The notes under the pieces: generated by a model
The model's input: the letters and a program-made list of their open reading frames with translations, nothing else
The model's database searches: none
What the model was told of the DNA's origin: nothing
In this document: positions 1 to 10,500 of the stretch, in pieces
Layout of the letters: each line of letters opens with the position of its first letter
Position numbering within the stretch: position 1 is the stretch's first letter
Translations under genes and position numbers: made by a program
Assembly (NCBI GenBank): GCA_030265395.1
Contig: JARFYF010000058.1
Span: forward strand, 16,879,965-16,943,964
Length of the DNA: 64,000 bases
Origin: Rhina ancylostomus
Taxonomy: Eukaryota
Direction of reading: 5' to 3'

Positions 1-67
1 CTCCTGCTTTGTGGGCATCATTTATTTTAATTTTCAGAGTGCTAGGCAGCTGCTTAGAGGAGTCCAT
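1..67 (-). CDS. Tc1-family transposase N-terminus MDSSKQLPSTLKIKINDAHKAG (truncated by the window edge; intactness unknown)
   Basis: Resembles the paired-like DNA-binding start of vertebrate Tc1 transposases and lies directly downstream of the terminal repeat. Confidence 0.7.
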   Translation of the reverse strand, partial: MDSSKQLPSTLKIKINDAHKAG

Positions 68-447
68 GGCTGCTGATTGTTGGGACAAGGTTCGAGGAGT
101 CAGGATATTTATAAAGCTTTGAAATTTGCATCATCTGGCCTTTCCTAACGATGACTGTGAACAAGCCATAGCCCTAACAGGCTCATGAAGGTCTGAGACC
201 TTGGTAAAAGTTATCTGAGGGCCCAAATCTCATGGGGTGCCCAAACTTTTGCATGGTGCTCCCTTCCTTTTTTCACTCTAAAATTGTACAAACAAAAATA
301 ATACACTAATCTTGCTTAAAATGTTGAGAAGAATGTTTCATCTGTAACTTTATGACTCTTGGAGATCAGTTCATCTTCTACTCACTTAACTATTCACAGT
401 AACAGAAATTTTGACGAGGGGTGCCCAAACTTTTACATACCAATGTA
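1..447 (-). mobile_element. Tc1/mariner DNA transposon, left end (IR/DR-type terminal repeat and transposase start); runs off the window
   Basis: Terminus TA|CATTGGTATGTAAAAGTTTGGGCACCCC at 447-418; internal direct repeat CCATGCAAAAGTTTGGGCACCCC at about 256-234; TATA-like TTTATAAATA; transposase ATG at 67. Confidence 0.88.
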
Positions 448-869
448 TATAGTGGTGCTTTAACTTCTCCAGCCTAAACTCTTCATTGTCACCTATTTTG
501 CAAAGACAGACAAAGTACTTATTAAGAATCATACATAAATCTTCTATCACTATGCTTACATGTTCATTTTGTTCCTAGATACTGGATTGCAAAGCTATCA
601 AATTTTTAACATTATATGGAGTGAATATTGATTTATCTGTGTAAATCACATTTGTGACCATTTCTGGATCAAATCACACCAGCCAGGAAATTTGACCGGG
701 CATATATGTGAACACTGTGGTTTTGGCTTCAGGAATACAGGTGATGATATCATTTTGAATGTGGACATATTTTCCTCGGGGCAAGGTTATTAAAAACTCC
801 CAGGAGAACGTGATGGTAATCCCACTGCCCCAATCTGGAGAAAAATACTTGAATTGGAGGCAATTAGGA

Positions 870-1255
870 ACTAAGAAGATGGGGTTGTCTTATGAGGAAA
901 GTTTGAGCAGGCAGACCCAAACTCTTTGGAGTTCAGAATAATGAGTGATCTTTTTTAAATATACCAGATTTTGAGGAGGTTTGACAGGATCGATGGTGAG
1001 AGATTGCATTCCCGTTTAAAGTGATCTGGATCTAAGGAGCATAGTTTTAGAATAAGGGTTGCCCATTCAAGAATCTGGAATATTCTATCTGAGGGAGCTG
1101 TAGAGGTTCGATCATTGAGTACAGGCCAAGGTAGACAGATTTTTGGACTACAAGAGTTGTGGATATCAGGAATTAAATCAGATTAGCAATGATCTTACTA
1201 AATGGTGGAGCAGGCTTGAGGGACTGGGTGGCCTCCTTCCACTCCTATGTTCTAA
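870..1255 (+). mobile_element. CR1-type LINE, decayed 3' end
   Basis: GLSYEESLS-type C-terminal coding relic, and tail ...aatggtggagcaggcttgaggg...ggcctcc...ctcctatgttc. Confidence 0.7.
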
Positions 1256-1682
1256 TGATTTCATCCTAGCTCAACATCAATGTATTTTTCTATCCCATTT
1301 CTCTTGTAGACTTGCTGTCTTCCAATAAAATGAGAAATAGATTATCAAATATAAAACTTCAAATATTAAACTAACATAATAAAACCAATTGAACTTGCTT
1401 GCATTTTACACAAATATATAGAACTGATTGCATTGAATAAAATGCCGCAATCTGCTTGAGCTTTGCTTGAAAATATTTTGTTCTGTATTGTGGAAAACCA
1501 ATGGTAGTTATTTTGTTGCCCAGTGAAATCATCTCATAATCAACTCCAGACATCCAATTTTAAACATTACTAAAACACTGGATCAAAGCAATTTCAAAAG
1601 AAATGCTTCCACCACTGCTCTCCTGCCACATCCCTCTGCCACCAAAGAATCCAATCCTCAAAAGTTATATTGGGAAAATGTC

Positions 1683-1725
1683 AAATAAACAAACAAACAA
1701 ATAAATAAATAAATAAATAAATAAT
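1683..1725. repeat. (AAAC)n(AAAT)n microsatellite
   Basis: Direct reading. Confidence 0.9.
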
Positions 1726-3994
1726 CTCTTCATGCACTGCAACTAAATCCATTTTCTTTTGCAAGACGATCTGAGTTTGCAAATGTGGTTAACATTCCAT
1801 TTACTTTTGCAACTTCAAGATAGACTAGATTATGTCAAATGAAATTGACTGACAGGCTAAACTGAGAGAGGCAAAACAAGTTTTTTTGTTTCAGACACTG
1901 GCATTGATAACATTTTATTCAAGGAAACTGGTTTGTGTTAAAGTCATGATAACTGTTTGTGCTAACCAAATTATGATGGCAATGAGCTAACACATTCAAT
2001 TTTTCATTCACTTTGCTCAAGCTAACAATCATTAGAAACACAGGGAGACAGGACACACACAAGGAGGCTTACTAGAAAAATAATAAGGTGGCTTGGGCTC
2101 CTCCCTTTTAAACTAAAAGGCTATGGAATAACCTGATAGAGATGTTCACGATTATAAAAGGGCTTGATATGTTAGTCACAGTGATGCTTTCAGTTGTTGA
2201 CAGGATTCGAGTTAGGGGTGATAAATTTAACTTATGATTGTAATAGGTCCAAAAGGAAGTCAGGAGAAATCTCTTTGCCCTCCGTGCTGTAAATACATAA
2301 TGATACTTTGTAATTTTTGGAGCAATCACGACTCATGGTAGCAGCCAGCCAACATAAATTTAAAACGTTAATAGTTTGTTGCTTCCTTGAATTCCTTTCT
2401 TGAGTCACCCTTGAAATCCAGATGTGATTTCCATGTCAGGAGCATGCATATAGGATTTCTTCATTCCCTGTGTAGAAGCCTCCTGAAAACTTTGGAAGGG
2501 ATCTTGGACAAATTTGGGTGAATGGGTGTGGTGGCTGTGCAGAGAGAACCCATTGCACAGTAACCGAACAGAATGTTGTTTTAATCACATGGCGTCTCTG
2601 TAGAAGGCCCACAGCCAAGCATAATACGTAGCTGAATCTTTAAGCCACTTCTATCTTTCATTGTATTGTTGCCCAACCCAGCCTCAACCCCCCTTCTCTG
2701 ATGTACAGTTGGTGTTCTGATCCCATTTCCTTAAGGAAGTATTTTCTGCCTTTTCATACTCTGAGTAAAAAGAGGAGTAGGTACATTATTCTCATTGGGG
2801 CAGATCATCTGATTACCAGTGAACAGCCTGAGCTCACCATGTACAAGCCTTTGGGGGCATGCTTCTGGATACTATCCCTTGATAGGTGGACAGCTGGTCA
2901 GCAATCTTCTGCTCAATACAGAGGCTTTTCAATTGTATGCGCGTAGCTCCATCCCTGAAAAGCCCGCATGGCTGGGAAGGCTCACTGAATATTAGTGATA
3001 AATGCAGCACCAAACCACCAGCCTGTATGTAACTGACTGTCTAACCAATCTTCAGGTCAAGTCTGCAGTTATTTCTCTCTCAATCTGTTACCATCCTGTT
3101 TGCTGCTTGATGTACAACATTACCCATAAAAAAAGGACAGAAGGACTAGTGCCCATTGAAGTTCCTGTCACAGAAGATGAGAAACACAAGACTTTACTAA
3201 AAAAAGGTGTGCTAGTTAACAATAAAACCTTAAAACAGCTGAAATTGATTCTGAAAGTCACAACCCCTTCATGTTCTCAGACAGTCACTTACTGATTGTG
3301 GCTCCACGGAAGCTCAGGTCTGGTGACCAATACAGGACACTCAGGAGTGAGCTTGGGTATGAGCTTGAGACATTTAAAAATAAGTCTGGGTTTGAGCCCA
3401 AGACTGTCTAGGCTGATAGTTGGAAGGCACAGATATGCCCCCGTATTCAACAGTCCAAGTGCATCAATTCAGGCTGACTCTGCTTGGAATGACAATAACA
3501 GGGGCTATTCGTGACTCAAGGTCCAGGAGGTTCCACTGAACTCAGCTGGATTAATGGGAAGTGAATCAAAAGATAGGCAAACTAGAATCCTTGCCTATTT
3601 GATTGTTTTCCAATAAGTGATGGCTGTTATGGTAGTAACTGCTGGCGGGCCCTTGAAAGATTTGGTCCAAAATATCAAACCAATTCTGTGTTCAACACAT
3701 TTTTCCTGGTTTTCTGTAACTTCCATTTTGCACCTGCATTAGTCTAATGGGAAATTTGACACATAAAAAACCCTTAACCTACACTTTACACTGGCCATGC
3801 TGTTATATTAATCTTAATTTCATTGTGAACAGGAATACAAGTCAAAAAGACATGCAAATTAATTACTTCTCACACTTTGTCCATGCTCTTATTCATTAAT
3901 TTTAAATATAAATAGGTTTTTCATTCATCCCTTTCAGAAGATAGATCAGAATTGCATTAAAGCAACAAAAACTTTGAAGTCAAGGAAGCTGAGT

Positions 3995-4022
<28 letters not shown>
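3995..4022. repeat. (TA)n microsatellite
   Basis: Direct reading. Confidence 0.95.
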
Positions 4023-4026
<4 letters not shown>

Positions 4027-4249
4027 CTTAAAATGAATCTTTGCTTCCACTCTCCAAATCAGATTGGCATTCCAATATGAATGTATCTTTCTTGATTTAA
4101 AATTACTCAAACCTACATAGAGAAAAAATAAATTTTGTTTTCTACCACAAAAACTAACCCTAAATAAAAATGGGTGGTTTATGAGTCATTAACTTGGACT
4201 ACTGTAGTCAATGGATACGAGATAGAAGCTGAAGAAGAAATGGAATTAC

Positions 4250-4513
4250 CTGATTAAATTGTAAAGGTTGCTCCTCAACTTCTTTCTGATCTTCTAATTG
4301 ATCTTCCTCTTCACTATCTGGTGGCTCATCCTTCACTTGCATTGCATCCTGTTCAGGATTTTCATCTGCTGCTTCACTTCCTCCAGTATTAATGCTGCTG
4401 CTTCTGGGAGGTGGCTGATCTTCTTGCATTTCTTGTTGCTCACACAATTCTTCTTCCGTCTCCTCAGGATGACTTGGAGGCTGCCGAGGTTGTTCACTTG
4501 ACTTGGAAAGCAT
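4250..4513 (-). CDS. HDAC5: HDAC5 coding exon: [23 protein letters not shown]...[14 protein letters not shown]...QFNQ (acidic region, VKDE SUMO consensus)
   Basis: Acceptor ttatgacag|ATG; donor CAG|gtaatt; 264 nt, phase 0 to 0. Confidence 0.92.
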
Positions 4514-7500
4514 CTGTCATAAACCCACATGCATAAATAAATTTATTAATGCAAATGTACAATCTACAATGCCAACCATAAAATAAAAGAAAGCACAAAT
4601 TTTTTTGTTTGCAAGTGAACAATGAAGCAGCACATTAGTATTTGGCCTATCACACTCATGCCAGTAATTGATACAGCTTTCCAACTAGTCACAGTCCCCT
4701 GATCTTTGCACTCAGTGTATTGTTTCAACTAATCATCCAATTCACTTTTGAATGTTAACACCAAATCTAATTCTATCATTTGACACATGGTATTGCAGAT
4801 CAAAACCACTTGACAAGTCAAAACAAAAAGGTTTCACGAATTATCTTTGGCTCTACTGCCAATCACCTTAAATTTGTGCCCATAGTTACTGATGCATCTG
4901 CCACTAGAAAAGATTTCTCTTTGCTCACTTTATGAACATCCTTATCCTTTCAATTCTCAAAGGACATTTCCAGCATCTCTAATCTCTCTACATAACTCAT
5001 CCTGGCACAATTCTAGTACACATTTTTTATGTCATTTTCAACATGACTTTGCTATCTTTCTTGAAGTATTGGGTGCCCAGAATTGAATAGAGTAATCCAG
5101 CTAAAATTTAGTTATGAAAGAACACTTGGTGAAAGATTATTTACACTGGTCAGCAAAATGGTAATGAATGGGTCATAAACTTAAGGGAATAAAAGTATAA
5201 ACAGGAAGAGAATTTTATCATGCTTAAGCTGTGTCAATCTATCGATTTATTAGAGAATTATATACTAGAAAAAATATGAAAATGCATGGACAAAAAAAGC
5301 AGCAAGCACTGATCATAGGCAAATGCACCTATTACAGTGCCTCAATGGACCAAAGCCATACTTAGTGCAGGACATTCTATGACTTTCAGAGATCATTCCC
5401 TGTAGAGCTAAGGAGAAAGACCAGGGGCATGTGTTTAACTGGATGGCTCTTTCAGAAAGTTGGCATTGGCATGATGAATTGAATGGCTTTCTTTAGCCTG
5501 ATGATTCCATGATTATGAACACTTGAAAGAACAATATAAATACAAGATGTATGTGATTATTTATTCCGAAGTATATATTTGCAATCTTTTGTCATACTAT
5601 CATGGTAAAACATCCAAATGTTTGCCTGAAAATTAAGATCTATAATGAAACATGTGGTTTACTTGTACATTGTAGATTTAAAACCTGAAATGCTGTCCCT
5701 TCAAAATTTAACTCTTAGTTTTTCCTCACCTTAAGCTGCAGTTGTTGTTGATACTGTTTCTGTTTCTCCAGAAACTGTTGGTGTTGTTGCTGCATCACCA
5801 GCTGCTGCAAGGCCTGTGGACTCTGGGGTAGAGGAGCTGACTGAGTTCGACTGAGTGGGCGGTGTCGAGGCAGCTTGTTCACTGTTCGAAGATTGGTTGA
5901 AACTCTCTCACCTGTTACCAGCGGTGACTGAGCATGCAGTGGCACTAAGATAAATGACAGGAACATCCTTGTTATTCTTCTGTTACAATACTTTAAGTTT
6001 TGAACATTTTCCATGACCAGTTTTGTAATATTGCCTTATTTATCACTGAGATTTATATATTCACTTATAGTTTCACAGAATCAATACTTTGCAATGTTAA
6101 TAATGGCAATGCAGTACATTAAAATATGACCAATAANNNNNNNNNNNNNNNNNNNNNNNNNNNNNNNNNNNNNNNNNNNNNNNNNNNNNNNNNNNNNNNN
6201 NNNNNNNNNNNNNNNNNNNNNNNNNNNNNNNNNNNNNNNNNNNNNNNNNNNNNNNNNNNNNNNNNNNNNNNNNNNNNNNNNNNNNNNNNNNNNNTTTGTA
6301 CTTTTTTCTAATACATAGACTTTAGTCCCACAGAGCTGTTATATTGAAACACAGAAGATGAAATGGAAGGCGCACCTACTTGATAAAATATTGTGACAGC
6401 GAGTTGTGTATTGATTAATAGACGGAATCAATAACATTTGGTTATTATTTTTCCTCGCATCTTTTTGTATGTAAACAAGAGTATAGAAGTACAATTTTGG
6501 GCTTAAAGCAGAAAGCTGATCTTTGTACACAAGCTTTAAAGTTTATTTTTCCTTAATGTTCCATTAACATGACATAATCGGTTTATTTGTGTACTAATAT
6601 AGGGTATGAGATGTCTAAAAGCTTTTGTTTTAGATTTTTCCTTACTGAACTAGGCTGGAACTTGCTGGGAAATGCTGGCAGTTCTACAGCATTGTTCCCC
6701 TCCATCAGCAGATTCTTAGTTAAATCCAGCCTCAAGACTCCACAAGGAGCTCAGCAATTGAGCCTAAAGCTTGCTGAACTTCCCATCAGTCATGCTGGGT
6801 ATCTGCCCACTAAAACTACTCCAGATTTAGAATTGTTCACGAACAGCAAGCCTATTATTAGATTGAAAATCAGCTGCAAAGAGAAAGATAATTTACAATT
6901 TTAAAAATAACATGTTTTCAATTATTTTTAATATTTAAAATATATTTGAATGATTTAATTTTTGATTATATTTTTTAAACAGAATTGATTAATTGATTTT
7001 TAATAGATTTTGAATGCTTCTAAATATCAGGAACATTTCAAAGTGTTCAAAATTAAACAAAAAACTGCAGGTACTGGAAATCTGAAATAAAAACAAAATG
7101 CTAGAAAATGTTAGAATTAACATTTCCAGTTCAACATCCTTAATTGTGTTTCTCTTTTCACAGATGCAGTCTAACTTGCAGAGTGTTTCCAGTATTTTCT
7201 GGTTTTTTTCCTGCCAAAGTCCATTTTAGTTTTGCCAAGGTCAAAACTTTTTACATGGCTTTCCCAGTTGGCATTTTTTTTAGGTTTTATGCAAAAGCTT
7301 CATTTTGCCCAGGCTGTTACAGCAGTGCAGGACTTCATTTTGTATCCAAATACTCACTTATTAGCAGATCAACATTAGGAGATCCACAAGAAGTACAACA
7401 TTTATGCATATGTCAGTGGTCAATGTCAAAATAACTAATAAAAGGTTTCAACCAGAGAGGAAGCCAATCAGAGATCATATTACAAAAACATTTGGTGGTG

Positions 7501-10500
7501 CCACTTCCTTGAAAGTCCTCACAGAAGTTGAGCAATTGAATGGCCTGAATCTACAATGTAAAAATTTCAAGATGTATTTATTTCTAATGCCTTCAGTAAG
7601 GACAAAATACATTCAATTTTCACTATACCTGTGACAGAAATCCTATCGAGCTCTTAATGGTTCTAAGAGCAGTCAAACTGATCCCACTCTCCCACCATTT
7701 CTTCATTATCCTACATTTTTGTTTCCTTTCAAGAATATATCCAGTTCTCTTCTGAATGTCTGAATTAAATCTACCTCCACTACTAGCCCCTGCTATGCAT
7801 TCCAAATCTAATCACTCCTTGCATAAAAAATGTTTCCTTATGCCACTTTTGGTTCTTTAGCCAATTACTGTGCCCGTTGATTCTTGACCCCTACGTCAAT
7901 AGGAATAGCTTCCCTCTATCTAAGCTGTCAAGATCCTTCATCATTTTAAACACTTCTAGGAGATTCCCTCTCAACTTCCTCAGCTCTAAAGAGAACAGCC
8001 CTAGCTTCTCCAGTCTACTCAAAAATTGAAGTCTCTTATTCCTGGCAACATTCTTGAAAATCTTTTCTATTCTTTCTCTCCAAGGACTTCATATCTTTCT
8101 TAAATTGTGCTGCCCAGAACTGGACACAATACTCTAGTTGTGGCCAGTCTAGTGTTTTATAAAGGTTGACCATGGCTTCCTTATTCCAGTACCCAATGCT
8201 TCTGTTTTAACAGCCCAAGATCCTGCGTGCTATCTTGAGCTCTTTCTCAACCTACCCTGGCATATTCAATAATCTCTGCACATATTCCCCTGATCTCTCT
8301 ACTCAGATATTCTTTTAGAATTGTACCCTCTAGATAACTTTGCTTCTCCTTGTTCTTCCTTTCAAAATGTAACACTTTGCATTTTTCTCCTTTAAATCTC
8401 ATTTGCTTATTTCCCTATGCCGTCTGCAGTTATTGCCCTTGCATTTCACTACGCTTCTAAATTTTGTGCTGTTGTGAAAATTGGAAATTGTGTCCTGGAG
8501 AGCCAAATCATAGACATTAATATACAGTATCTTACAAGGAGGGGTCCTATTATTGAAGACTGGAGAACGCTATTGTACATTTCCTCCAGTCCAAAATAAC
8601 CCAACTATTCATTATTATTCCTGTTCCCTCTTTCTTTTCCAATTTTTTTTTTTAACCCATGCTGCTACTGTACCTCTTATCCCATTAGATGACAATCAGC
8701 AGGTCATACCTACTTTGCATCATTTTTTCTTGGGTCTTTTGAAAGAATGGGTCAAATCAAGGCAGTCTAATGCTTCAACAATGAAGCAGTTTTCACTCCA
8801 ACAAATAAGGAATAACCTCATGGGGACCAAAATAATACATACTCCATTTAGAACAGCAAAATAAGGATGTCAATATAAAGACTTAGTAATCCTCATCAAC
8901 TTTCCCTGTGAAATCAATTCTTCAACCCACAAGTTCCCAGACTATTCTGTTTTGTTTACATTTTGTCCATACTTTAATGTATGAACATTTTGCTCATACC
9001 TTAAAATAACTTAGGACAGTCAGCTGTTATATGTTAACCATACATCTAAGCTGCATTATCAGCCTAGGATCTGTCTCTCCATGGATTTTATCTCACAATA
9101 AAATGTTTTCAAATATAACTATTCACCAGCTATTAAAGCATTTTGTTGTCGAGCCTGTTCCAGTAGCAGCACGTGTTGTAGAAGGGAGGGGTGACTGTGA
9201 GTATTGGCTTCTCCTTCAATTGCAGTTGTCGGCAAGCAAGATGGTAGTGAAGTGGTACTCATAAACTTCCCTGTTAAGGCACCACCTTGACGCAAAGACT
9301 GAATAGCTTGTCGCTCTGCTTCTTGTTGGGCTGATATCTTTTGCGAGGGCTATAAATAGAAAAAAATGACATTAACGAAACAAAAACAAATGTATTTCTG
9401 AGAAGAATGGGTTTCTTCCTATTCTACCTACTAATTCAAAGAGCTGTCCATTAGTTTCATTGCTTTTGGCCTTGTTTATAGAAAGCAGACAAAAATAAAT
9501 TAAGGAAACAGAAGTATAGATCTGAGTAAAAAACTGCCAACAAAAAACAGGAGTCAACAAAATTTCAAATTTAATCATGGCTACACTAACACTCCGTATA
9601 TACACTCCACCAGCAGAAAAATGCCCTGAATGTCAACCATCAAGAGAATTTGCTTATGACAGCAATTGACTTCCATATTCATTTGGTGTATATATATATA
9701 AAAAAATAAAAAAGCAAGTCCCATCTCTGCACACACTGTAGCTTCATTCATGCCCTATATATGCAGATCTGCTCAGTGAAGGTTCTTGATTACGAGCCTT
9801 GCAAATACATTTTGAATACAAAAGAAAATACCTCCAAAATATCAATACCTCCAAAATATACAATTTACTGGACTGGAGTACTAAAGAGTAGATTTAGTTT
9901 TCAACTGTACTTGGTGATTACATACATTAGTGGGATGAACCTATGTATGGGCTTATGGCTTGTGGAACCAGGTCTGATTGTGTCTTTAGAAATCAATGGA
10001 TAACTGTACTTTAGAAACACAACTCCTTCAAAGTTCATTCTCGGTCGGTAGTTCCAATCATGTCAAAGTGTTTTATTCTGTTTTTGAAATATATTTCATT
10101 GCCTCTAATGGAATGAAATATGAGACAGAGTACAGTGCAATGACCTGACTATAGAGCACATTTAAGGATACTCAGTAGGAATGAGTCTTAGGTCAAAAGC
10201 AACAGAGCCAATTTTTCTTCACTTGAAATGTTTTATTGTTGGGTAATTCATTTATACCCATTAGTAGAAAGTCAATTAAAAAATACAAATCTAAAGAAAT
10301 CACATTTTTATACAATTCAGTACATTTAAAAGAATATACAGTCCAATAAATAAAAATTGTCTACTTACATTGATCTGTGAGTTGGATGCTGTGACTGTTG
10401 CTGGGAGCCCCAGGGAAATGTTAGGCAGAGAAGGGGATGTGTAGAGGCTGAGCTGACTTGCTGACCCATCAGTGTTTACTGCTTTGTGATGTGGGGGCAT

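Noticed and set aside
2837-2954. AG...GTGAG-bounded segment on the minus strand downstream of the last visible exon
   Set aside because: It does not encode the expected RTQSSP exon, has a stop in the required phase, and has only a modest acceptor.
6587-6904. 105-aa plus-strand ORF overlapping the candidate poison exon
   Set aside because: No recognisable protein, near-cognate start, and antisense to the gene; the splice signals point to the minus strand.
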